Assembly (NCBI GenBank): GCA_963675525.2
Contig: CAXXSL010000008.1
Coordinates: 160,001 to 224,000, forward strand
Direction: 5' to 3'
From: Anaerohalosphaeraceae bacterium
GTDB lineage: Bacteria > Planctomycetota > Phycisphaerae > Sedimentisphaerales > Anaerohalosphaeraceae
DNA length: 64,000 nt
Shown here: positions 41,262-51,122 of the stretch, piece after piece
How the letters are laid out: each line of letters opens with the position of its first letter
Position numbering within the stretch: position 1 is the stretch's first letter
Program-made: the position numbers and the translations under genes
The notes under the pieces: model-generated
Told to the model about the DNA's origin: nothing
The model's input: the letters and a program-made list of their open reading frames with translations, nothing else
Databases searched by the model: none

Positions 41262-41957
41262 CTACATCGTATATTTGACGGGGTCTTTTAGTCCGGCTTC
41301 GGCGAAGCCTTTGAGGCGGAGTTGGCAGGAATCGCATCGGCCGCAGGGTTTTCCATCTTCAGTGGGGTCGTAACAGCTATGGGTCAATGCATAATCGACA
41401 CCGATGGCGGTACCGGTTTGGATGATCTGTGCTTTGGACATTTGGATGATGGGCGTGTGGATGGTATAGCGACCCCTGCCTTCGGCGGCGGAGGCGGTGG
41501 CGAGATTGGCCATGGTTTCGAAAGAGGCGATATACTCGGGGCGGCAATCGGGATAGCCGCTGTAGTCGGTGGCATTGACGCCGATATAGATATCCCAGAC
41601 CCCCAGTACCTCGGCCCAGGCCAGTGCATAGCTGAGAAAGATCGTATTCCGCGCGGGGACATAGGTAACGGGAATCTCGGCGGTCATGTCGTTGCGGTCC
41701 TTGGGGACATCGATGGCGGCATCGGTCAGGGCCGAACCGCCGAAGGCTGCCAGATCGATCTCGACGATACGGTGTTCGGTCGCGCCCATCGCGGTGGCTA
41801 CCCGGCAGGCACAGGAAATTTCATGCGCATGCCGCTGGCCATAGCGGAAGGTCATGGCATAGGCGTCAAATCCATCGTTTTTTGCGATTGCCAGCGTGGT
41901 GGCCGAGTCCAGCCCCCCGCTGAGAAGAATAACTGCTTTATTTTTTGTTGTTTTCAT
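41262..41957 (-). CDS. queC: 7-cyano-7-deazaguanine synthase
   Basis: [34 protein letters not shown]. Confidence 0.97.
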   Translation of the reverse strand: MKTTKNKAVILLSGGLDSATTLAIAKNDGFDAYAMTFRYGQRHAHEISCACRVATAMGATEHRIVEIDLAAFGGSALTDAAIDVPKDRNDMTAEIPVTYVPARNTIFLSYALAWAEVLGVWDIYIGVNATDYSGYPDCRPEYIASFETMANLATASAAEGRGRYTIHTPIIQMSKAQIIQTGTAIGVDYALTHSCYDPTEDGKPCGRCDSCQLRLKGFAEAGLKDPVKYTM

Positions 41958-42127
41958 GTCATTTTCTCCATCAGCTTACCTTCGGCAAGAGGGTGCCACA
42001 CAATCGGGGCGTTTCATTCGCATGGCTTGCGCCATGGCGTTTTTATTTTTTGAATCCTTGCAAAAATCTCTGGTTTCGTTAATATTATGAGTAAAAGTAT
42101 ATCAGATTTCCCATTAAGGGCAACTAA

Positions 42128-42493
42128 ATGAGCGAAAAACCGCAACTTGATCTATTTGACAACCCCCGGCCGCAACGGGATTACACGATCACGATTCGCT
42201 GTCCGGAGTTTACGAGCGTCTGTCCGAAGACGGGTCAGCCGGATTTCGGCACGATTTTGATCGAATATATACCGGACAAGCTGTGTATTGAACTGAAAAG
42301 CCTGAAAATCTACATGCAAAGCTTTCGGGATCAGGGTATTTTTTACGAAATGCTGACCAATGATATTCTGGATGATCTGACGGGAGCCTGCCGGCCCCGT
42401 TGGATGCGAGTTACCTCAACATTCACGCCTCGCGGCGGCATTTCTACCGATGTCTGTGCAGAATATCAAGCGGAGAGTGTTGAGCAAGACTGA
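42128..42493 (+). CDS. queF: preQ0 reductase
   Basis: [27 protein letters not shown]. Confidence 0.96.
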   Translation: MSEKPQLDLFDNPRPQRDYTITIRCPEFTSVCPKTGQPDFGTILIEYIPDKLCIELKSLKIYMQSFRDQGIFYEMLTNDILDDLTGACRPRWMRVTSTFTPRGGISTDVCAEYQAESVEQD

Positions 42494-42521
42494 AAACCAA
42501 GGTTAAGAGAGGGAACGAGCC

Positions 42522-43032
42522 ATGCCGATCAGTTTTAAATGCGAGTCATGTGACAAGAAGATCAAGGCCCCGGACAAAGCGGGCGGCAAATGGGGTAATT
42601 GCCCGTACTGTCAACACCGCTGTTATATCCCCCTGCCGAAATCGGATGACGAGCCGGAATTGGTGCTCGCCCCCATCGATGAAAATGAGTTGACGCAGAT
42701 GAACCAGCTCATGGAGGAAACGCATTCGCTGACACAGCGGATCCTGCATGAAGAGCGCGGTCATGGAAGAAGGCCCTGACATTTCGGCGGACAGCCATGC
42801 CGTGGCCGAAAGAGAAGTCATCAAACAGTGCATTCTCTACCTGCGGCAAATGGCTGACGGGGACCTGATGCCCGCTGAAAAAACGCTGGAGTTTTTGAAG
42901 CATAACAAAAAAACGGCGTTACGTATCCTGGCGGCGATCGCGCGTTCCGACCAACCGGAGCCGGAGTTGTCCGACATTCCCCCGCGCATCCTGCAGGGAT
43001 TGGTTCGGGACGCTTCAGGAAAGCTAAATTAA
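42522..43032 (+). pseudogene. Zinc-ribbon protein apparently split by a 1-nt frameshift (ORFs 42522-42779 and 42748-43032)
   Basis: CxxC...CPxC N-terminus; removing one A at 42751-42752 fuses the ORFs as ILHESAVMEEG. Confidence 0.55.
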
Positions 43033-43048
43033 CGACCGCCGGAGCGTA

Positions 43049-43993
43049 TTGAAAGAATTGACAACACAACCAGTCATCCGGGTTCAAGCTATCAGCAAGT
43101 ATTATGGTTCTCTAAAAGCCGTGGAGAATCTGTCTTTTGAGGTTTTCAGCAACACCTGTTTTGGTTTTCTGGGGCCGAACGGTGCCGGCAAAACCACATT
43201 GATGAAAATGATTTACGGGAGGTGCAGGCGAAGCGCCGGTGCAGACGGCGTGATGGATATTTTCGGATATGACCCGGTTGACGATGAACTGTCCATCAAA
43301 TACATGTGCGGCGTGGTTCCGCAGGAAGATAATCTCGACGAAGAGCTAAATGTCATTCAGAATTTGAAGCTGTTTGCGCGGTTTTATGACATTGACACCC
43401 CGGAGGCCATGCGGCGCATCGAGGAACTGCTGGACTTTCTGGAGTTGGCGGAAAAGCGAAACGCACCGATCCGTGATCTTTCCGGGGGGATGAAACGCCG
43501 ACTGGTGATTGCACGGGCGCTGCTGAATCAGCCGAAACTGCTTATTCTTGATGAACCGACGACGGGACTGGACCCGCAGGTGCGACACCTGATATGGGAC
43601 AAGCTTCGGCAGTTGAAAAACCAGGGAACCACCCTGCTGCTGACGACGCATTATATGGAAGAGGCATTTCAGTTGTGCGATAATCTGCTGATCATGCACA
43701 AGGGACAAAACATCATGCAGGGAGTCCCGAAAGAACTGCTGAAGGAGCATATTGAAGGTTATGTTCTCGAATTGATTGATGCTGAAGGCTCGGAAGAATT
43801 TTTGAAGCAGTCTTTGCCTTCGGACATCCGGGCCGATTCGGCGGGACAGACGGTACGCTTTTACTGCAATGAAATTGACAGTCTGAAAACAGTCGCCGAC
43901 CATCTCTCGACGGGCCAGTACTATCTGCGTCAATCGACGCTTGAAGATGTGTTTTTGAAAGCGACGGGACGGATGCTCAATGACCGACAATAA
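43049..43993 (+). CDS. ABC exporter ATP-binding protein (NodI/DrrA-like)
   Basis: GPNGAGKTT, LSGGMKRR, LDEPTTGLDPQ, THYMEEA. Confidence 0.93.
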   Translation: MKELTTQPVIRVQAISKYYGSLKAVENLSFEVFSNTCFGFLGPNGAGKTTLMKMIYGRCRRSAGADGVMDIFGYDPVDDELSIKYMCGVVPQEDNLDEELNVIQNLKLFARFYDIDTPEAMRRIEELLDFLELAEKRNAPIRDLSGGMKRRLVIARALLNQPKLLILDEPTTGLDPQVRHLIWDKLRQLKNQGTTLLLTTHYMEEAFQLCDNLLIMHKGQNIMQGVPKELLKEHIEGYVLELIDAEGSEEFLKQSLPSDIRADSAGQTVRFYCNEIDSLKTVADHLSTGQYYLRQSTLEDVFLKATGRMLNDRQ

Positions 43994-44789
43994 AACACAG
44001 CACTATCCGGCTCTTTATAAACGCCTGTTCAGCGTCTGGTTCCGGCACATGCGGGTTTATTACCAGAATATTTTCAGCAACGCATTTCCGCCGTTTTTTG
44101 AGCCGCTAATATTCCTGGCCGGCGTCGGGCTGGGGCTGGGCAATTATATCGAGCCGATCAACGGGCGGCCTTATATTGATTTTCTGGCAATTGGGCTGTT
44201 GGTGACGTCGTCGATGTGGACGGCGTTTTTTGAATGCACGTTCGGGACGTTTATCCGGCTGGAATTTCAGAAAGTTTACGACGGGATTCTGGCGGCGCCG
44301 ATCACGGCCAATGATTTGATTGTCGGGGAGATTTTGTGGGCCGGGTCGAAGGGATTTTTCTTTTCGTTTGCGGTATTGGCGACGCTGTCAATTGTGTCGC
44401 TGATCCCAGCCGCCGGACTGAGTATCCCTCTGCCGAATGCGCTGGCGGCGCCGCTGGTCGGTTTTGTCAATGCGGTGATGTTCGCGTCGATGGCATTGCT
44501 GATTACGTCGTTTGTGAAAACCATCAATCATTTCAACTTTTTCATGACGGGGCTGATCTCGCCGATGTTCTTTTTTTCCGGCGTGGTGTTCCCGGTCAGT
44601 AACTTGCCAAAAGCGCTTCAGTTTGTCGCTGAACTGGTTCCGCTGACACATTCGGTGCGTATTCTGCGTTGTATCTGCGATGAAACTCTGTCGTGTACGC
44701 TCCTATGGGATGCGGGATATATTGTGGTCTTTACGCTGGTGATGAGCCTGCTGGCGATTCATCGGCTGAAGAAACGACTCATTAAATAA
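43980..44789 (+). CDS. ABC-2 permease (NodJ-like)
   Basis: EPLIFLAG.G.GLG, PMFFFSGVVFP, PLTHSV; multiple TM helices. Confidence 0.9.
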   Translation: MTDNKTQHYPALYKRLFSVWFRHMRVYYQNIFSNAFPPFFEPLIFLAGVGLGLGNYIEPINGRPYIDFLAIGLLVTSSMWTAFFECTFGTFIRLEFQKVYDGILAAPITANDLIVGEILWAGSKGFFFSFAVLATLSIVSLIPAAGLSIPLPNALAAPLVGFVNAVMFASMALLITSFVKTINHFNFFMTGLISPMFFFSGVVFPVSNLPKALQFVAELVPLTHSVRILRCICDETLSCTLLWDAGYIVVFTLVMSLLAIHRLKKRLIK

Positions 44790-44879
44790 ATCAAATGTCA
44801 AAATCTAAAATGCAAAATTTAGGTATCGCCTAACGGCGATGGCTGTTTAAATAGATTCCTCGGCTGCGCTCGGAATGAC
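44790..44879 (+). repeat. Composite repeat: 7-bp periodic A-rich tract, CGCC/GGCG hairpin, GATTCC...GGAATGAC
   Basis: Same order and similar sequence as the minus strand of 26872-26954. Confidence 0.7.
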
Positions 44880-44949
44880 GGGATATAGGTCTTTGTTCAT
44901 TTAGTACAATACAGAGGGGCATATTCGCACGGCTCGCGCCGTGGCGTTC

Positions 44950-46092
44950 TTATTTTGAGAAAGCGGTGTCCCAGTCTTTCCAGACGGGTTCGTGGCCGTG
45001 GGCCTGGATGACTTTTGCCATTTCGTCGGGTGTTCGGTCATCGTCGATGGTGAACTGTTCGGCGGCCGTCTTATCGCTACTGTATCCGCCGGGGTTTGTT
45101 TTTGAGCCGGCGCTGAGGCGGGTGACGCAGATGTTTATCATGTGGTCGCGGAAGGTAGCGTTTTCGCGTGTGGACAATACAATCCCGGCGTCGGCAAAAC
45201 ACAATCTCAGGGCGAGCATCATCTGTACCATGTTTTTATCGGAGACCAGGTGCGGCCACTGGTCCTGTACGTTGGTGGCCGGACGAATACGGGGAAATGA
45301 AAAATCAATTTTCGCCCGCCAGTACTTCTTCACAAGGTATGCGGCGTGTTCGGCCAGAGCCAGTGTTTCGATGCGCCAGTCGGCCAGTCCCAACAGGAAG
45401 CCCAGTCCAAGATACCGCATGCCTGCGGCGGCGAAGCGGTCGGGGGTATCGAGGCGATTGTCATAATCGCGTTTGGGGCCAGCGATGTGATAGTGTGCAT
45501 ACACATCGCGGTCGTAGGTTTCCTGATAGAGAGCGACGCCGTCAATCCCGGCGGCAAAAAGCTGTGCGTATTCGGCCTGCGTAAGCGGGTAAATTTCGAT
45601 GGAAATTGACGAAAACTTCGCCCGCAGTTTTTTTGCCAGTTCGGCCAGATAGCCCACGGTGACAAATTTTCTATCCTCGCCGCTGACGAGCAGGATGTGG
45701 CGAAAACCTTCGGCGGCAATGACGTCGGCATCGGCGAGGGCCTGTTCGATTGACAGGCGGGTTCGATTTAATTTCGTTTCTGTATTGTAACCGCAGTATT
45801 GACAGCTATTGATGCAGACATTCGATACATAGAGGGGTGCATAGAGCTGGATGGTTCGTCCGAAACGCTGAACGGTCAACTGACGTGCCTGTTGGGCCAT
45901 GGGTTCGAGAAAGTCTTCGGCGGCGGGTGAAACCAGTGTGAGCAAGCGGTCGGGACTGAATCTGCCCGGGGGTTTGGACAGTTCCTGTTGAACCTGTTCG
46001 GGAGTGACAGACTGCATACGCTCTGTCCAGACATCACGATTTTGGTCGAGATGCTTTTCGGTAAGAATCGATTGTATGTTTTTATTAGCCAC
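44950..46092 (-). CDS. thiH: 2-iminoacetate synthase (radical SAM)
   Basis: YAPLYVSNVCINSCQYCG, YQETY, SFPRIRP, LSTRE, SAGSKTNPGGY, WKDWD. Confidence 0.95.
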   Translation of the reverse strand: MANKNIQSILTEKHLDQNRDVWTERMQSVTPEQVQQELSKPPGRFSPDRLLTLVSPAAEDFLEPMAQQARQLTVQRFGRTIQLYAPLYVSNVCINSCQYCGYNTETKLNRTRLSIEQALADADVIAAEGFRHILLVSGEDRKFVTVGYLAELAKKLRAKFSSISIEIYPLTQAEYAQLFAAGIDGVALYQETYDRDVYAHYHIAGPKRDYDNRLDTPDRFAAAGMRYLGLGFLLGLADWRIETLALAEHAAYLVKKYWRAKIDFSFPRIRPATNVQDQWPHLVSDKNMVQMMLALRLCFADAGIVLSTRENATFRDHMINICVTRLSAGSKTNPGGYSSDKTAAEQFTIDDDRTPDEMAKVIQAHGHEPVWKDWDTAFSK

Positions 46093-46142
46093 GAATTAAC
46101 ACGAATTTTCACAACTATTTTTTTTCATTATTTCCATACTTT

Positions 46143-46322
46143 CGCCCCTTCAGGGCTTAATTGGGAAACGAACTTCTCTCTCCGGATGCTCACGCATCCG
46201 GCTAATTGACTTACGTCCCTTCGGGACTCAGTAATCAGGATATCTAACTTGCCGGAGGTTAAAACCTCCGGCTATTCAATTATATCCCTTCGGGATTAAA
46301 CCGGACACTTACGTTCCCGGCT
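46143..46322. repeat. BIME-like cluster of alternating REP hairpins
   Basis: CCCTTC(A/G)GG hairpins near 46143, 46214 and 46283 alternate with CCGG...CCGGCT hairpins at 46182, 46251 and 46301. Confidence 0.8.
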
Positions 46323-46362
46323 CTGATTGTTAACTATTTCGGGCTTTTGTCTTCCGTGTTTT

Positions 46363-47136
46363 TTATTCTTCATTCCGCAGAAAACCGGTCAGGGGGCTGG
46401 AGGCACTGGCGGTTGTTTTTGGAGCCAGGCCAGTTTCATAGGCGATGCGTCCGGCTTCGACGGCCATTTTAAAGGCGCGTGCCATTTCGATGGGATCGGC
46501 CGCGGTGGCGATGGCGGTGTTGACCAGTACGGCATCGGCTCCCATTTCCATCGCTTCGGCGGCATGTGACGGCGCACCCAATCCGGCATCGACAACGACG
46601 GGCACTGTCGCCTGCTCGATGATGATCTCGATGGAGGCCCGCGTTTTCATTCCCTGATTGGAACCGATGGGGCTGGCCAGCGGCATGACGGTTGCGCAGC
46701 CGACGTCCTGCAACTTTTTGGCGAGGATGGGGTCGGCATGGATATACGGCAGGACGATGAAGCCGTCTTTGACCAATGCTTCGGCGGCCTTGAGTGTCTC
46801 GGTTCCATCGGGCAGGAGGTAATACGGATCGGGGGTGACTTCGAGCTTGACCCAGTTGATGCCGCTGGCGGCGCGTGCCAGGCGGGACAGGCGGATGGCT
46901 TCGTCGGCATCTCTTGCACCGGATGTATTCGGCAGCAGTTGGCACTTCTTGCGGTCGATGGCGGCCAGCATGTTGTCGTTTTCGTTTTCGATATCGACCC
47001 GGCGCAGGGCGACGGTGACCATTTGTGTTCCGGAGGCCTGGATCGCGCGGGCCATGATGTCATTGGAGGCAAATTTGCCTGTGCCGACAAACAGCCGGGA
47101 TGTGAATTCTCTGTCTGCTATTTTTAATGTGGTCAT
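46363..47136 (-). CDS. thiG: Thiazole synthase
   Basis: [46 protein letters not shown]. Confidence 0.97.
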   Translation of the reverse strand: MTTLKIADREFTSRLFVGTGKFASNDIMARAIQASGTQMVTVALRRVDIENENDNMLAAIDRKKCQLLPNTSGARDADEAIRLSRLARAASGINWVKLEVTPDPYYLLPDGTETLKAAEALVKDGFIVLPYIHADPILAKKLQDVGCATVMPLASPIGSNQGMKTRASIEIIIEQATVPVVVDAGLGAPSHAAEAMEMGADAVLVNTAIATAADPIEMARAFKMAVEAGRIAYETGLAPKTTASASSPLTGFLRNEE

Positions 47137-47176
47137 TTTACCCAATATACAATATTACAATAATTAATTTACAATT

Positions 47177-47389
47177 TTATCCGCCGCCGACGAATCGTAT
47201 TAATTCAATCGCCTGACCTTCGGCGAGATTTGTCTGCGCGAAGTCCTCGCGTTCGACGATTTTTCCGTCAATCTCGGCGACGACGGTCGCGGCGTCAATT
47301 TTCAGGCTATCCAATAATTCGGACAACGTTGCGGGAAGACCTTTTTCAAATGTCTTTTCCTGTCCGTTTATTTTTAATATCGCACTCAC
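47177..47389 (-). CDS. thiS: Sulfur carrier protein
   Basis: 70 aa ending IELIRFVGGG. Confidence 0.95.
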   Translation of the reverse strand: MSAILKINGQEKTFEKGLPATLSELLDSLKIDAATVVAEIDGKIVEREDFAQTNLAEGQAIELIRFVGGG

Positions 47390-47997
47390 GTCGTGCTCCC
47401 TGCCAATTTTGTATGCAATTCATTAATCAAGATTTCGGCAATCGCATTGGCCTGATGATAGGCGGCGATGCCCACTCGCGGCGCGGTCAGCGGCACGCCG
47501 GGGCCAATTCCCGAAACCGTGTCACCAACCAGAATCAACCGGTCTGAAATCCGCTGCGTTATAATCTCATTGCTTCTGCCGTATCCTGCCAGTCCGCTGA
47601 CGGAAACAATGACCACGTCTTTCATTTTTGACAGCACGGTCTCGACGATCATCTGTTTTTGGTCGGCCCGGTCAAAACATTCGGCAATTACATGGGCTCC
47701 TTTGAAAATGTCCGGAATTTTTTCCGGGGTCAAACGAACCTTGCGGCCCTCTAAAATCGCATCCGGGTTGATGCGGCGGAGGTTTTCCAGCGAGGCATCC
47801 ACTTTGTGCTGCCCTACCTGATCGGCAAAATAATTCTGGCGGTTCAGGTTGCTTTCTTCGATCTGGTCAAAATCCACCAGAATGAGTTTGCCGACCCGCA
47901 GACGTGTCAGCGCAACGGCGACATTGGACCCCAAGCCGCCGAGACCTGCGATACCCACAACCGCGTTTTTCAATTCTAAAAATGTATGCGGTGTCAT
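47386..47997 (-). CDS. thiF: ThiS adenylyltransferase
   Basis: GIAGLGGLGS, DFD..E.SNLNRQ, APRVGIAA.HQAN. Confidence 0.93.
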   Translation of the reverse strand: MTPHTFLELKNAVVGIAGLGGLGSNVAVALTRLRVGKLILVDFDQIEESNLNRQNYFADQVGQHKVDASLENLRRINPDAILEGRKVRLTPEKIPDIFKGAHVIAECFDRADQKQMIVETVLSKMKDVVIVSVSGLAGYGRSNEIITQRISDRLILVGDTVSGIGPGVPLTAPRVGIAAYHQANAIAEILINELHTKLAGSTT

Positions 47998-48014
47998 GAT
48001 ACTTTCACCTGTTT

Positions 48015-48048
48015 AAAAAAAAGCCCCTGCCGGAACACGGACAGGGGC
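48015..48048 (-). terminator. Riboswitch expression-platform terminator
   Basis: GCCCCTG...CAGGGGC stem followed by T8, between the aptamer and thiF. Confidence 0.85.
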
Positions 48049-48065
48049 GCATGTTTGTAACAAAC

Positions 48066-48165
48066 GTGCCTCCCTTCGCCGGCATTAACCGGATCAGGTT
48101 CAAAGGGTCCCGCATTCGACGCGAACTCTCAGCTTCGGGCACAAACCCGATGCTCCCCTGACACT
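48066..48165 (-). ncRNA. TPP riboswitch
   Basis: AGGGG...GCTGAGA...ACCCTTTGAACCTGATCCGGTTAATGCCGGCGAAGGGA upstream of thiFSGH. Confidence 0.96.
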
Positions 48166-48270
48166 CATCAATCTACGTTCTATCTTATGGGCGGGTCGGA
48201 AAAATGCAAGAATTTTATGGAAAACTCGAACGGTACACGGCTTAATCTACAGAATATGGCGTTTTTCAGG

Positions 48271-49515
48271 TCATTGTGTCATTGCCTGAATAATTTGCTC
48301 TGAGGCGATATCCGCCCCGTCCGGCTCAGCCTGAAGCTGAAGCGAGAGTGCTTTTGCCCGTTCGTGCATATTTTTGTCATGCAGGATGCTTTGGATCGTT
48401 GAGGTGAAAATCGGTGAAAGAACCCGGCTGACTTTCAACCGTCTGGAAACACCCAAGTGTGCGGCACGGATGGCATTATCAAATTGGTCATGTCCATGGG
48501 GAATGACCAAACTCGGGACACCGGCTCGCAGGGTTTCGGCAGTTGTGTTCAATCCGCCGTGATGAATGACCATGCCGGCATGGGGAAAGACCCAGCCGTA
48601 CGGGGCGAAATCGATTGCGATGATGTCCCTTTTGGAGTCAGCAAATTTTGTCAGGTCCTTGCCAATTAGTAAACACGGCCAATCGAGACAGCGACAGGCT
48701 TTGGCGGCACTTTGATAAATTTCATCGCCATGCAGTGATGCTGTCGAGCCCAATCCAACAACAACGGGCGGCTTTGGGCCCTCAAACAGCCGAATAATTT
48801 GATTCGGGACATCCGGCCAATCTTTGATGTGCTCGTCACGAACAAATCCGCAGATTTTCGAATTTGAGAAATCATCTTTTGCGTAATCTTTCAGCAATGT
48901 TGACCAGAGGCCGAGATTCAGGCGGGCTTTCTCATAAATGTCCGGCAAGCTTTGAATTGTATGCGGGATCCCGTGTTTGCGACAACGGTATCCCAAGGAA
49001 TGCTTCAATCCGAGGCCCATCAAAAACCGAATTCCTCGAACCTGAAGCTTTCGAATCCACGACGGCCATTCCATATAACTCAAATATACGGGAGGATGAA
49101 CATTGAACCAGCCCACCGGTGTCGGGCTTAATGTGACATACGGAATCGATTTCTCTTTAGCAGCGATCATGCCGCCGTATTCCAGTAAGTGGCAGGCAAC
49201 CATATCAGGACTTTCTTTTTCAAGCAACTCCTTCATTGCATGGTACATGACGGGAACTGTTTTCACGACTAAATTCCAGACCGCCCTTGGGCCCTTTCGG
49301 GCATGGAGGTAATCAGGATTGTCGGCAATCTCCCGAAACACATCGAAATACTCTCCGGCCGGAAAGAAACGCAAACCGGCTTCGGTGATTACCTTTTCAT
49401 AGTAAGGATTGGATATGAAAATGATGTCGGCGCCCTTGTCCCGCAGTGCCCGCGCCAACCCCAGACAGGGATTAAAGTCACCCGAGGAGCCAAAACTGGA
49501 GATCACAACCTTCAT
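48271..49515 (-). CDS. GT1-family glycosyltransferase (RhlB/sterol-GT-like)
   Basis: FGSSGDFNP, VGLGS, HHGGLNTTAETLRAGVP, HDQFDNA. Start moved to ATG 49515. Confidence 0.88.
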   Translation of the reverse strand: MKVVISSFGSSGDFNPCLGLARALRDKGADIIFISNPYYEKVITEAGLRFFPAGEYFDVFREIADNPDYLHARKGPRAVWNLVVKTVPVMYHAMKELLEKESPDMVACHLLEYGGMIAAKEKSIPYVTLSPTPVGWFNVHPPVYLSYMEWPSWIRKLQVRGIRFLMGLGLKHSLGYRCRKHGIPHTIQSLPDIYEKARLNLGLWSTLLKDYAKDDFSNSKICGFVRDEHIKDWPDVPNQIIRLFEGPKPPVVVGLGSTASLHGDEIYQSAAKACRCLDWPCLLIGKDLTKFADSKRDIIAIDFAPYGWVFPHAGMVIHHGGLNTTAETLRAGVPSLVIPHGHDQFDNAIRAAHLGVSRRLKVSRVLSPIFTSTIQSILHDKNMHERAKALSLQLQAEPDGADIASEQIIQAMTQ

Positions 49516-49537
49516 AATCTGCTCATGATACTTTCGA

Positions 49538-51022
49538 TTAGTAGCGTTTTCTGAAACGTGCGGTGGGGATGTTGAGGATTTTGCGGTATTTGGCAACAGT
49601 CCGCCGGGCAATGTCACAGAAGCCGGCCCCAATCAGCTTTTCACGCAGAGCATCGTCGCTGAGCGGGTTGGATTTGTCCTCGTTGTCCACGATCTCCTGC
49701 AGTTTGGCCTTGATGGCATCCCAACTGCGTTCCTGGCCGTTGTCGTCTTCCATGCCGCCGCTGAAGAAACTGCGCAGCGGCAGAATGCCCTGCGGGCACT
49801 GGACGTACTTTCCGGAGACGGCGCGAGACACCGTCGCCAGATGCACCCCGACCTCGTCGGCGATCGTGGCCATCGGCAGCGGCCGCAAATGAAGCTTGCC
49901 TTTGGAGAAAAACTCTTTCTGATGCCGAACGATCGCACCGGCGACTCTCAACAGGGTTTGTTTCCGCTGCTGGATGGCATCCATAAACCATTGTGCCGAA
50001 CGAATGTTTTTTTGTAAGAACTGCCGCGTCTGTTCATCGACGCCCCGATTGCGTGCCATCTTTTCATAGAAATTATTGACTCGCAGGTTCAACTGCTGCG
50101 TGTCTCTGAGCCGCACGGTATATCCCTCAGCCTCATCCTGCTCAATGATCACATCGGCCATGACGGGATGATTTTCATTTCGCCCCACCAAAAGACCCGG
50201 CGAGGTATCCAGTTTGCTCATGCGTTCGATCGCGAGGTTGACTCGCTCAACACTGCAATCCATTTTTTTGGCAATCTGCGGAAGATGATTTTCAAGCAAC
50301 TCGTCCCAGTGCTCGCGGACCAGACGCATTTCAAACAACATCTCGTCGGATGACTGAAGCATCTGGATCAACAGGCATTCCTGAACGTTGCGAGCCCCTA
50401 CACCGGTCGGCTCAAGTTTCTGCACCAACTCGAGCGCCTGCTGAAGATGTTCGATGCCGAAGTCCTGTTTGTCCCTATTCTGCAATTGTTCCAGGTGAAT
50501 CGTCAGGTAGCCTTTTTCGTCCAGGTAATCAATAATCAACTCGCCGGCAGCCTTGACCTTTTCGTCAGCATCGATCAATCGCCATTGTTCTTTTAAAGAA
50601 TCGTTCAAGGACTGGCCTGTCGCCGCGGTGTTCTGAAGGGCCTCCATTTTTTTGTCGGGATCACCGCTGGCATGCTGATGCTGCACGCGATAGCTGAAGG
50701 CTTCAGAACCGTTCACATAGTCGCCAAACTCGGTGTCCATATTTTCCAGGCGCTGGAAATCCTCGACATGATCGGAATCTTCCCCCACCACCAACTCCTG
50801 ACTTTCGGGTATATCGGGGGTATCATCTTCGATTGTTTCAACCTGCTCCGGCGGCTCTTCGACCAGTTCCAAAACGGGATTACTGTTCAATTCCGTTTCG
50901 ATCTTTTCCTGTAATGCCATCAGCGGAAGCTGCAAAACCTCCATCGACTGAATCATGCGCGGAGCCAGCTTCATCTTCTGCTCCATCCGCATTTGACCGG
51001 TCATCGAAAGTTTCATGGACAT
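49538..51022 (-). CDS. rpoN: RNA polymerase sigma-54
   Basis: NPVLE, PTGVGAR, RpoN box ARRTVAKYR. Confidence 0.97.
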   Translation of the reverse strand: MSMKLSMTGQMRMEQKMKLAPRMIQSMEVLQLPLMALQEKIETELNSNPVLELVEEPPEQVETIEDDTPDIPESQELVVGEDSDHVEDFQRLENMDTEFGDYVNGSEAFSYRVQHQHASGDPDKKMEALQNTAATGQSLNDSLKEQWRLIDADEKVKAAGELIIDYLDEKGYLTIHLEQLQNRDKQDFGIEHLQQALELVQKLEPTGVGARNVQECLLIQMLQSSDEMLFEMRLVREHWDELLENHLPQIAKKMDCSVERVNLAIERMSKLDTSPGLLVGRNENHPVMADVIIEQDEAEGYTVRLRDTQQLNLRVNNFYEKMARNRGVDEQTRQFLQKNIRSAQWFMDAIQQRKQTLLRVAGAIVRHQKEFFSKGKLHLRPLPMATIADEVGVHLATVSRAVSGKYVQCPQGILPLRSFFSGGMEDDNGQERSWDAIKAKLQEIVDNEDKSNPLSDDALREKLIGAGFCDIARRTVAKYRKILNIPTARFRKRY

Positions 51023-51122
51023 ACGCTAAGTCCTTTATTAATAGTGTTTAACATAGCTGACATACAGTATAGCAGGTTGAAAGCAAAAATCATACCGTTT
51101 TTTCAAAATTGGCAAAATAGAT

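Noticed and set aside
41958..42127. preQ1 riboswitch or sigma-54 site between queC and queF
   Set aside because: No preQ1 consensus is recognisable, and TGGCACCCTCTTGC is one base short of the required spacing.
43049..44789. Nod-factor export (nodIJ)
   Set aside because: Only family-level similarity; no nodABC-like genes nearby, so no symbol was assigned.
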